Shown here: positions 8,494 through 16,946 of the stretch, piece by piece
How the letters are laid out: every line of letters starts with the position of its first letter
How positions within the stretch are numbered: position 1 is the first letter of the stretch
IMG/VR virus record: IMGVR_UViG_3300016476_001277
Span: 1 to 32,193 of that record
Length of the DNA stretch: 32,193 bases
DNA from: a virus
Taxonomy: Duplodnaviria; Caudoviricetes
Strand: one strand, 5' to 3'
Translations under genes and position numbers: made by a program
The notes under the pieces: generated by a model
The model's database searches: none
Told to the model about the DNA's origin: nothing
What the model saw: the letters and a program-made list of their open reading frames with translations, nothing else

Positions 8494-9194
8494 AAATTTT
8501 AGTTCTAGGGCATACAGGAATGTTAGGCAATGCAGTATATGCATATCTTAATCAATTTCACGAAGTAGTAACAACATCATACCGATGGCTTTCGGATGAA
8601 TTTGAAAACTACATAAAAAACTTTGATGGCGATTACATAATCAATTGTATTGGAGCAATTCCACAAAAAACAGATAACTTTTCTATCAATACGTTGTTAC
8701 CAATATTCTTAGACATAAATGCAAAATGTAATATTATTCATCCATCAACTGATTGTGAGATAGATAACAATAGTTATGGATTATCAAAAAGATATGCAAC
8801 AGAATGGCTATTAAAATATAGCAAACGTACCTATATTTTTCAGACATCTATAATAGGCATCGAATTGAATTCAGCTGATAGTTTATTATGTTGGTTTTTA
8901 ACACAAAACAAAGTACAAGGATATCGAGATGCATTGTGGAATGGAATAACAACATTAGAGTGGGCAAAGCAATGCGATAACTTAATTAATGGGAATATCA
9001 AAGAAAAATTCACTGTATTCTGTACAGACTGTATTTCTAAATACGATTTGCTAAACTATATTAAATTAGTATTTAATCATGATATAGAGATAGAATCTGT
9101 ATTTGGCGTCGGTAAAGATAAGTGTTTGCTTGGTACCGAATTAAATAATATTAAACAACAATTAATTGAACTTAAGGAGTTTTATGGAAGATAA
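8490..9194 (+). CDS. RmlD-like NDP-4-keto-6-deoxysugar reductase
   Basis: KILVLGHTGMLG, IINCIG, HPSTDC and YGLSK (YxxxK). Confidence 0.85.
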   Translation: MKILVLGHTGMLGNAVYAYLNQFHEVVTTSYRWLSDEFENYIKNFDGDYIINCIGAIPQKTDNFSINTLLPIFLDINAKCNIIHPSTDCEIDNNSYGLSKRYATEWLLKYSKRTYIFQTSIIGIELNSADSLLCWFLTQNKVQGYRDALWNGITTLEWAKQCDNLINGNIKEKFTVFCTDCISKYDLLNYIKLVFNHDIEIESVFGVGKDKCLLGTELNNIKQQLIELKEFYGR

Positions 9195-9837
9195 AGTTAC
9201 AGTTGTTATTGGGTCGTGCGATGCATATCAATCATTATGGAAAAATTTTGATATACTGTTTAACAGATACTGGAAACTAAAAACTACGAACATTTTCGTA
9301 GGCGAAACGATCCCGTTGCCCTATGACAACTATACCAATGTGTTGCCCGGCGCCGGACTGCCGTGGGGTTCTAGAATGTTAACTGCATTGAACATGGTAA
9401 CTACACCATATGTTTGTTTTTTATTGGAAGATTATTATTTTACGGAAATAATTACAGATACATTTATTCAAGAGCACATTGATATACTAGAACAGTATAA
9501 TGCACATAAAATTATGTTTGATAAACTATATCCGCCAGATGTATATAGTTTAACATCGTTAACATCGGATCTATATTTATTCAACAATCATAGTATGTAT
9601 TTGAATTCAGTCCAACCAGCAATATGGAAAACAGATTATATTAAAACGGTATTACATGAATCATATAGCCCATGGCAATTTGAATTAGACGGAAATGCAT
9701 TTACGCAGAAACTTAGCCCAGTAATACTTTTGAAAGCTCGCGAAAAATCAGTATATTTTAATTATGCTAGGGTCGGAGGACGAGTATCCGACGGATGGCA
9801 AGAAATTTTTTTAAAAGAAGGATTAACAAATGAATAA
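9184..9837 (+). CDS. putative glycosyltransferase (GT-A-like)
   Basis: VVIGSCDAY..LW, W..R, YVCFLLEDYY, QPAIW and SPWQFE. ATG 9184 preferred to the non-ATG start at 9166. Confidence 0.65.
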   Translation: MEDKVTVVIGSCDAYQSLWKNFDILFNRYWKLKTTNIFVGETIPLPYDNYTNVLPGAGLPWGSRMLTALNMVTTPYVCFLLEDYYFTEIITDTFIQEHIDILEQYNAHKIMFDKLYPPDVYSLTSLTSDLYLFNNHSMYLNSVQPAIWKTDYIKTVLHESYSPWQFELDGNAFTQKLSPVILLKAREKSVYFNYARVGGRVSDGWQEIFLKEGLTNE

Positions 9838-10417
9838 CCCACACATTGGTCAAATTCGTTATCACGAAATCATCAATTTTTTCACTCAAAAATTCAATTA
9901 CACTACGTATTTAGAATTAGGGGTTCGAGATGCTAATAACACTTTCAATCATGTTATATGTAACAGTAAAGAAGGCGTTGATTGCAACCCAGCAAGTAAC
10001 CCAACCCATTGTATGTATACAGACGAGTTTTTCGAAACTGTAGGTAAAGATAAAACATGGGACATTATTTTCATTGACGCATCGCACGAAAAAAATCAAG
10101 TTTTGCGCGATTTTGAAAATGCAATATCTAGATTAAATGAAAACGGGACTATAATTATGGATGATATTAATCCAACTGAACCATTTTTATTAAGCCCTAC
10201 ATTTTGTGACAATGCATGGGAAGCATTCGCCGAATTAGGTAAACGTTCTGATTTGCAAATGCATGCAGTAACTCCTTCATTTTTTGGTTTCGTACGAAGA
10301 GGACAACAAGTTCCACATAAATTAAAAGTGCAACCGACATTTGAATTTTTAGATCAACATCGAGAAGAAATCGTTCGACCTATAACATGGGATGAGTTAC
10401 TAATTATGTTCCAATAA
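9830..10417 (+). CDS. class I SAM-dependent methyltransferase (Methyltransf_24-like)
   Basis: YLELGV, TDEFF, DIIFIDASHE and LNENGTIIMDD. Confidence 0.85.
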   Translation: MNNPHIGQIRYHEIINFFTQKFNYTTYLELGVRDANNTFNHVICNSKEGVDCNPASNPTHCMYTDEFFETVGKDKTWDIIFIDASHEKNQVLRDFENAISRLNENGTIIMDDINPTEPFLLSPTFCDNAWEAFAELGKRSDLQMHAVTPSFFGFVRRGQQVPHKLKVQPTFEFLDQHREEIVRPITWDELLIMFQ

Positions 10418-10418
10418 T

Positions 10419-11309
10419 ATGAAAATTGCAGTTTTTGATACTATACATCATCCCACTCCAATTTTAAAGGAATGGGCAGTTGGATTTACGGATTTAGGGC
10501 ATGACGTCGATTTTTATGCAATTCAGCATCATACAATCTTATCTTGTATGAACATTGCGTATGATCTTATTGTATATGTTGGCGATATGAATCTAAATCA
10601 ATTTGAACAAATTAAACAAAATAATCCATCTGTTAAGATAGTATGTGCTGCAGATAGTTTACAGCCACATTTCGCTCATTTTAATGGTTTAGTTGATTTC
10701 TTTATAACTACGCAGCATTCATGCAAAACACTAACTGACAGTTTTACTAATGCAGGATTAAAGTTATATAATATTCCATTAGCTGGAAACAATCATTTAT
10801 TTTATCCGACTAACGTCTCACCTGAATATGACATATGTTTTATTGGCACGTTAGCGCATGGATATCGTGAAGAAGACAAATATTTATATCCATTTGTTGA
10901 AAAATATAAATTTTTCTTAGCTGGAATGACATATAAACATCACGGTATACCGTTCCTGAGTTATGATCAAGCAAATTCAGTTCGTAATAGATCTAAAATC
11001 AATATTAACTTTCATTATGATTATCAACGATTTAATGAAGGTAATCCTGCAGATAGGATCGATTTAAATCAAAGTGTGTATAATATTGCATTGTCAGGGG
11101 GATTCCAGATCTGCGACCACCCATTAGTATCAGATATATTTGATAATAGTATCATTGTAGCTCCATCACAAGAATGGCCAGAATTAATTGAGTATTATTT
11201 AAATAATCACGAAGAACGAATATCTTTAGCTAAAAAATCGTACGAAATTGCTCTAGAAAAACACACATGGAAAACCAGAATGGATGAATTTTTAAAATTA
11301 TTACAATAA
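10419..11309 (+). CDS. CgeB-like glycosyltransferase (GT-B)
   Basis: YDICFIG, SKININFH, IALSGGFQICD, IEYYLNNHEER and HTWKTR. Confidence 0.8.
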   Translation: MKIAVFDTIHHPTPILKEWAVGFTDLGHDVDFYAIQHHTILSCMNIAYDLIVYVGDMNLNQFEQIKQNNPSVKIVCAADSLQPHFAHFNGLVDFFITTQHSCKTLTDSFTNAGLKLYNIPLAGNNHLFYPTNVSPEYDICFIGTLAHGYREEDKYLYPFVEKYKFFLAGMTYKHHGIPFLSYDQANSVRNRSKININFHYDYQRFNEGNPADRIDLNQSVYNIALSGGFQICDHPLVSDIFDNSIIVAPSQEWPELIEYYLNNHEERISLAKKSYEIALEKHTWKTRMDEFLKLLQ

Positions 11310-11312
11310 ATT

Positions 11313-11936
11313 ATGAAACGATTAATAATAGCCCCGCATATTGATGACGAAGTATTAGGGTGCTTCAGTTCTATAGATTCAAATACCTTTATTTTGTATT
11401 GTGGTATGGATGAAAGTAAGATAAAATTTGATTGGGTAAAACAAAGACCTGATTCAGATACTCGACTGAACGAACTACGAGCTGTACAAGAAGAAATGTT
11501 ATTTTCATATGAAATATTAAATAATGAAGTTAACAATTATGTTATTCAAAATTTAATACCAGAATTTGAAAGAGTTATTAATCAAGTACGTCCAGATGAA
11601 TTATATATTCCAGTTCCGTCATACAATCAAGATCACCGAGTTGTATATGAAGCAGCATTAACGGCATTACGTCCTCATGATGTTAATTTCTTTGTAAAAC
11701 GAGTATTAGTATACGAACAAATACAAGATCTTTGGAATCATAATTATCATTCATTTAATCCTACATTTTTCAGAACATTGGATATAGATAAAAAAATTAA
11801 AATGTATAACTTGATGCAAAGCCAAGTAAGAGCTTTTAGAAATAACAACATGTTACAAACTTTAGCTGAATTACGAGGTATACAAGCAAATATTAAATAC
11901 GCTGAAGCGTTTGAGGTATTACGATGGATAGAATAA
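11313..11936 (+). CDS. PIG-L/LmbE-family N-deacetylase
   Basis: IIAPHIDDEVLG, RLNE, NQDH, KK...Y..SQ and AEAF. Confidence 0.88.
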   Translation: MKRLIIAPHIDDEVLGCFSSIDSNTFILYCGMDESKIKFDWVKQRPDSDTRLNELRAVQEEMLFSYEILNNEVNNYVIQNLIPEFERVINQVRPDELYIPVPSYNQDHRVVYEAALTALRPHDVNFFVKRVLVYEQIQDLWNHNYHSFNPTFFRTLDIDKKIKMYNLMQSQVRAFRNNNMLQTLAELRGIQANIKYAEAFEVLRWIE

Positions 11937-12607
11937 ACATATTATACTGCTCTTACAGAGATTGGGCTAATGACATATTATCTTATACTAAACATTTCTT
12001 AACGGAAGAATATAAGAATTTAAATGTTGATATAGTTCGTGTTTCATCAACTGACGAATTACTGCAAAAAAATCTATATGAATATGATTTATTATTTTTC
12101 ATTGGTTGGAGTGAATTGATTCCTGATTATATAGTTTCGAATAATTATTGTATATGTTTACATCCTTCTCCATTACCAAAGTATCGTGGAGGCAGTCCAA
12201 TACAAAATCAGATTATTAACGGAGATTATGACAGCGCTGTTAGTTTTTTTATAATGGACTCAGGAATTGACACTGGGGATATATTATATCAAACACCAAT
12301 TAAATTGGAAGGCGACTTATCAAATATCTTTGCAAAAATAATCAATATTTCATATCCAATTATATGTGCTATAATTAATGATTATGCGGTTAATAAAACA
12401 TTAAAGGGCATTCCTCAAAATCATGATAATGCAACTAGTTTAAAACGAAGAACTAAAAAAATGAGTGAAATTCAAATCACAGATTTTAGTCAATATACAG
12501 CAACTCAGTTATATGATAAAATTAGATCACTACAAGATCCATATCCAAATGCATTTATTCGATGTAAAGATGATACTATTTTATACATAACAAAGGCAAA
12601 ACTATGA
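11924..12607 (+). CDS. N10-formyl-THF-dependent formyltransferase (Fmt-like; probably a sugar N-formyltransferase)
   Basis: LHPSPLPKYRGGSPIQNQI, DSGIDTGDI and DPYPNAF; lacks the tRNA-binding C-terminal domain of a full Fmt. Confidence 0.85.
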   Translation: MDRINILYCSYRDWANDILSYTKHFLTEEYKNLNVDIVRVSSTDELLQKNLYEYDLLFFIGWSELIPDYIVSNNYCICLHPSPLPKYRGGSPIQNQIINGDYDSAVSFFIMDSGIDTGDILYQTPIKLEGDLSNIFAKIINISYPIICAIINDYAVNKTLKGIPQNHDNATSLKRRTKKMSEIQITDFSQYTATQLYDKIRSLQDPYPNAFIRCKDDTILYITKAKL

Positions 12608-13185
12608 ATATAACATCTTATATCATTAACTTAAAACATCGTACCGATCGATATGATCATATGGTAAATGAAATGAAAAAGTTTCCCGTTAATTATGAAT
12701 TTATCGAGGGTATTATTGATGAAACAAAAACATGTTTCCAATCACAAAAGAAATGTATTCGTTTAGCAAAAGAAAACAAATTGCCATATGTTTTAGTACT
12801 AGAAGATGATGCTATATTTACAGATAATATTATTGAAGTGTTTGAAACTACATTTTCAGAGTTACAGGCATTAGATTGGGATATGTTTTTTCTCGGAGCA
12901 AATTTACAAAAAGCATCAATTCGCGTATCTCCGAATATTTTAAAACTTAGCGGGGCATATGCAGCACATGCATATATGGTTCATGAAAGATTTTATGATA
13001 CTATTTTAAATTTACCACATATATGCGAAATGGATGTACATTATCACGATTTGATGTCTAGACACAACGTTTATATGTCAGATCCAATGGTTGCATATCA
13101 ACTACCATCACATTCAGATTTGCAAGATGGCTTTCGAGATTATAATCAAGCAATGTATAACAATTATTTAAGATTTAAACCATGA
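12604..13185 (+). CDS. glycosyltransferase family 25
   Basis: YIINLKHRTDR, LVLEDDA, WDMFFLG and AHAY. Confidence 0.85.
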   Translation: MNITSYIINLKHRTDRYDHMVNEMKKFPVNYEFIEGIIDETKTCFQSQKKCIRLAKENKLPYVLVLEDDAIFTDNIIEVFETTFSELQALDWDMFFLGANLQKASIRVSPNILKLSGAYAAHAYMVHERFYDTILNLPHICEMDVHYHDLMSRHNVYMSDPMVAYQLPSHSDLQDGFRDYNQAMYNNYLRFKP

Positions 13186-14042
13186 AGATATTATTAGGTT
13201 GTTTGAATGCAAATGGACTAGGTGGTAGCGAATTATATCATTATGAATTATCACGTGCATTAGATGAATTAGGCCACGATGTTACGTTATTTACTCTGCG
13301 CCAGATTGATTGGACAGATGAAACCCGGCTTCGTATACAACATATACGACAATTAGATTTAACAAATTTGGATATCACTGAAAAATACGATATAATAGTA
13401 GCAAGTCAGCCACAAGTTAATTTATTCGTGTTAGAACAGTTTAAAGATACGCCAATTGTTAGTATTATACATTCAGAAATCCGATCTGAAGATCCAATAT
13501 TAGATTCTCGTATTACTCATTACATTGCAATTAGACAGCCAATTGCAGATATGCTTATCAACGAATATAATATTCCACGTGAGAAAGTATCATTGATTTA
13601 TAATCCAATCGATCGTTCAAGATTTAATTCAGATGATGCTGCGAAATTAGAACGACATTCTGGAATCTTTGTCGGCGAAGTATTAGATTCTATTAGATTT
13701 AAGCCAGTGCAACATTTAGTGCAACAGTGTATTGAAAATGATTGGGACTTGTATTTAATGAGTGAAAGTCGTTATGATTTTAATCATCCGAATATTAAGT
13801 ATCTAGATAAACGCTGGGATACAGAAAATGTAGTACAAATGATGCACTTTACAGCAGGAATATTATTAGGAAGAACGACATTAGAGGGTTGGTGCTGCGA
13901 TGTTCCTGGATATATGTATATCATTGATATCAATGGAAATATTTTAGATATTCAGATGGAAATTCCTAACAACATCAAAACATTATGTGACAGTAGCTAC
14001 GTTGCAGAACAACATATAAACTTATATCAAACGATCATATGA
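13182..14042 (+). CDS. glycosyltransferase, GT4-like
   Basis: KILL...GLGGSELY..EL...L...GHDV, IYNPID and LGRTTLEG...DVP. Confidence 0.82.
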   Translation: MKILLGCLNANGLGGSELYHYELSRALDELGHDVTLFTLRQIDWTDETRLRIQHIRQLDLTNLDITEKYDIIVASQPQVNLFVLEQFKDTPIVSIIHSEIRSEDPILDSRITHYIAIRQPIADMLINEYNIPREKVSLIYNPIDRSRFNSDDAAKLERHSGIFVGEVLDSIRFKPVQHLVQQCIENDWDLYLMSESRYDFNHPNIKYLDKRWDTENVVQMMHFTAGILLGRTTLEGWCCDVPGYMYIIDINGNILDIQMEIPNNIKTLCDSSYVAEQHINLYQTII

Positions 14043-15172
14043 ATATATCATTACTAGTAGGATTAAAAAACAATTTAGACTACAACAAACATTTTTATGA
14101 AACAACAAGGCAACTTTACCCAGATGTAGAGTTATGTTTTGTTAGTTACGGATCAACAGACGGCACTCACGATTGGTTAAATTCATTAGTAGATAACAAT
14201 CTCAGTTACATTTATTCAACAGAATCCAAAACATTTTCTGATACATTTAATGCAGCTGCAGAACTTGCAACCAAAGATTATGTAGCATATCTACACAATG
14301 ACATTGTTCTAGCTCCGGGATTTTTAGAAAATTTAGAAAAACATGTAGGACCTAACAATGTAGTATCATATACCACAATAGAGCCACCTATATTCGCCGG
14401 ACATGAACGCCCTGGAAAAATAATACATGATCTAGGTACGGAACTAGAGACGTTTGATAAAGATGCTTTATACGCATTTGTAGAATCTAAACAACAATAC
14501 TATGCTGATAAAACTGAGCCTGGTATTACATTTTTTATGTGTATGCCTCGTGTTAAACTATTAGAGATAGGCGGACTTGATAATTTATTCAACCCAATGT
14601 TTTGCGAAGATGATGATTTAATTCGCCGTTGGAAGATGTTAGGAATGAATTGTTTTACAGCACTAGATGCAATTTGTTATCACTTTGTTAGCAAGACATC
14701 TAGATTCTCAGAAGAATATCAAACTAGAACTCAGCAAATTGAATTAGCTTCTAATAGAAACTATATTAGAAAATGGGGTACTAAATCAAATGCACCTAAA
14801 TATAATATTGGAATTCAAATTAAGAATTGTAATATTAAGATGCTAGAATTATTTGAACCTTATTGTGATCGAATATACATTGATGATGATATGCAAGTAC
14901 TAACAACACATTACATTGATTCAGAACAATCTAAAACCAAGTTCGACCTAACAAAACGTATAATGACAACCGGATATAATAATCCATATGATTATGATGA
15001 TATTGTAGTAGAAGTTGATGCAAAACGAATAACACAACAAGATGCTGCACATATATTCCTACTGCCGGAGATTATTCAGAATTCCGGAGAAATTGGGTCA
15101 TTTGAACTAGGAAATCTAAAAATTAATATACAGCATTTAGAAACATATGAAAAAAATCTGATTAATCTGTAG
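14039..15172 (+). CDS. glycosyltransferase family 2 with C-terminal extension
   Basis: GSTDGT, YLHNDIV, IGGLD..F.PMFCEDDD and YHFVSKTSR. Confidence 0.88.
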   Translation: MNISLLVGLKNNLDYNKHFYETTRQLYPDVELCFVSYGSTDGTHDWLNSLVDNNLSYIYSTESKTFSDTFNAAAELATKDYVAYLHNDIVLAPGFLENLEKHVGPNNVVSYTTIEPPIFAGHERPGKIIHDLGTELETFDKDALYAFVESKQQYYADKTEPGITFFMCMPRVKLLEIGGLDNLFNPMFCEDDDLIRRWKMLGMNCFTALDAICYHFVSKTSRFSEEYQTRTQQIELASNRNYIRKWGTKSNAPKYNIGIQIKNCNIKMLELFEPYCDRIYIDDDMQVLTTHYIDSEQSKTKFDLTKRIMTTGYNNPYDYDDIVVEVDAKRITQQDAAHIFLLPEIIQNSGEIGSFELGNLKINIQHLETYEKNLINL

Positions 15173-15178
15173 TACGGC

Positions 15179-15231
15179 ATATTTATAATAAAGTTATCAA
15201 TTTACATCTAGTTATCGTATTTGGAGTTATT
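15179..15231 (+). promoter_or_regulatory. class B motif ATATTTAT plus three AGTTAT copies in the leader
   Basis: ATATTTAT at 15179-15186; AGTTAT at 15192, 15210 and 15225. Confidence 0.55.
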
Positions 15232-15420
15232 ATGCGTATGAAAAGAAATTATTATAACCCTACTCCAAAACGATGGAGAAAATTAGGTGACGCTTTATTA
15301 GGAGTTAGTACTACAATAACCGGATTTGCTATCTACGAAGAAGCAAAATGGGTAGCAATTGTAGCATTAATTGCTGGAGTTGTTGGTAAATTTTTGACAA
15401 ACTTTTTCGGAGAAGATTAA
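15232..15420 (+). CDS. small two-TM holin-like protein
   Basis: Basic N-terminus with PTPKRWRKLGD, then two hydrophobic helices; directly precedes the amidase. Confidence 0.55.
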   Translation: MRMKRNYYNPTPKRWRKLGDALLGVSTTITGFAIYEEAKWVAIVALIAGVVGKFLTNFFGED

Positions 15421-15422
15421 AT

Positions 15423-16100
15423 ATGTTATTAGACCTATCAAAAATTAAACAAGTACCCCTTAAAGAATCCGAGTATTTTAAAGAGGCTACTACAAAAAAG
15501 CAAATTGTATTACATCATACTGCAGGTAACTCATCTGGAGTCAGTACTATACAAAATTGGAACACAGATAATCGAGGACGAATTGCTACTTGCGTGACAA
15601 TCTCAGGCAAAGGCCAATCAAAGAATACATATGATGGAGAAATTTGTCAAGCATTTTCATCGGCAAATTGGGCTTACCATTTAGGTATCAAGCCAGAAGT
15701 ATTCAAATCCAAAGGCGTTGCTTATCAGAATCTGGATAAAATATCTATTGGTATCGAAATTTGTAGTTGGGGACCGTTAGAAAAAGTTGGAAGTAAATAC
15801 TTCAATTATGTTGATAGAGAAGTACCAGCTGATCAAGTTACGGTTTTAGATACTCCATACAAAGGATACAAATTTTATCATGCATACACTGATGCTCAAA
15901 TTGAATCAGTTCGACAATTATTGGTATATTGGAAACAAACCTACGGAATCGACTTAACATATCGAGAATCAGAAATGTGGCAAGTTTCAACCCAAGCATT
16001 GCAAGGTAAATCTGGAGTATACACTCACAATTCATATCGTAAAGATAAAACAGACATTCATCCGTGCCCTAGAATGATAAACATGTTAAAATCACTTTAA
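15423..16100 (+). CDS. N-acetylmuramoyl-L-alanine amidase (Amidase_2), putative endolysin
   Basis: IVLHHTAG, AYHLG, SIGIEI, YTDAQIES and THNSYRKDKTD (candidate Zn ligands H/H/D). Confidence 0.88.
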   Translation: MLLDLSKIKQVPLKESEYFKEATTKKQIVLHHTAGNSSGVSTIQNWNTDNRGRIATCVTISGKGQSKNTYDGEICQAFSSANWAYHLGIKPEVFKSKGVAYQNLDKISIGIEICSWGPLEKVGSKYFNYVDREVPADQVTVLDTPYKGYKFYHAYTDAQIESVRQLLVYWKQTYGIDLTYRESEMWQVSTQALQGKSGVYTHNSYRKDKTDIHPCPRMINMLKSL

Positions 16101-16116
16101 AATTGGATTAATACTG

Positions 16117-16533
16117 ATGAAAACATTAACGGCCATATATTTTTCGGTAGCAACTATGATATCATTTATATTCACATATTTCTTCGATCTAACGATGAAT
16201 AACTATGAACAATATTTGGCATTAACTGCAGTTGTTTTATTAGACGGATTTTTTGGAATTATTGCTGGTATTAAGCGAGAAGGATTCCAGACGCGTAAAG
16301 CAATTAAAGTACTTTATACATTAGTAGTATGGATAATGTTTTTAACGGTATTACTTTCAGTTGAAAAAGGATTCCCTGGAACTAGTTGGTTAAGTGAAAC
16401 TATATTGCTCCCATTCTTAGTATTCCAAATCATCAGTGCTTTAAAAAATGCGTCGATGTCCGGATTTATCAAAACGGCATTACTAAATGATATACTAGAT
16501 CGTATAGACAATCATAAAGGTGAACGTTCATAA
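16117..16533 (+). CDS. phage holin-family membrane protein (toxin secretion/phage lysis holin-like)
   Basis: Several TM helices, LDGFFGIIAG and I.SALKNAS..G resemble the Phage_holin_4_1 pattern; adjacent to the amidase. Confidence 0.7.
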   Translation: MKTLTAIYFSVATMISFIFTYFFDLTMNNYEQYLALTAVVLLDGFFGIIAGIKREGFQTRKAIKVLYTLVVWIMFLTVLLSVEKGFPGTSWLSETILLPFLVFQIISALKNASMSGFIKTALLNDILDRIDNHKGERS

Positions 16534-16564
16534 TTGGATAATGTAGATATTTTTCATATATTTA
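16534..16564 (+). promoter_or_regulatory. class A promoter (TTG-N20-TATATTTA)
   Basis: TTG at 16534-16536, 20-nt spacer, TATATTTA at 16557. Confidence 0.6.
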
Positions 16565-16570
16565 CAGTAT

Positions 16571-16921
16571 ATGAATTATAAATACGTTTTATTATCCTTT
16601 CTTCTATTTCTTTTCGGACAAATATTAGTATGGGTTCAAGTAAACGGCCCTTTAATTTGGGACTGGGCTAAAACTTGGAGATGGGGACTAATGCTATTAG
16701 GAGTTCCTATAACGTGGTTATTCATGCAAGCCACAAGCTATGTAGTGCAAGGTTTCGGAGGCCTTTTCTGGCCAGGCAGATTTATTTCATTTGTTGCTGG
16801 CATATTCATATTTACGTTGATGACATATATTTTTAGGGATGAAGCGATCAATGCAAAAACTGCAATATCTTTAGTACTAGCATTTATGTTAATTTTAGTC
16901 CAACTCTTTTGGAAATCATGA
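16571..16921 (+). CDS. four-TM small membrane protein (SMR/DMT-like size and topology)
   Basis: 116 aa with four hydrophobic helices. Confidence 0.6.
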   Translation: MNYKYVLLSFLLFLFGQILVWVQVNGPLIWDWAKTWRWGLMLLGVPITWLFMQATSYVVQGFGGLFWPGRFISFVAGIFIFTLMTYIFRDEAINAKTAISLVLAFMLILVQLFWKS

Positions 16922-16928
16922 TATTTAT
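16921..16928 (+). promoter_or_regulatory. class B motif ATATTTAT
   Basis: Overlaps the upstream stop and is followed by an A-rich leader to ATG 16947. Confidence 0.5.
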
Positions 16929-16946
16929 TTAAAAAAGAAGAATAAA

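Noticed and set aside
11924-12607. Methionyl-tRNA formyltransferase (fmt)
   Set aside because: Lacks the C-terminal tRNA-binding domain and sits in a sugar cluster coupled to a deacetylase.
3621-15172. Bacterial O-antigen or capsule locus
   Set aside because: No flippase, polymerase, chain-length or export genes; flanked by homing endonuclease, lysis and phage-type genes.
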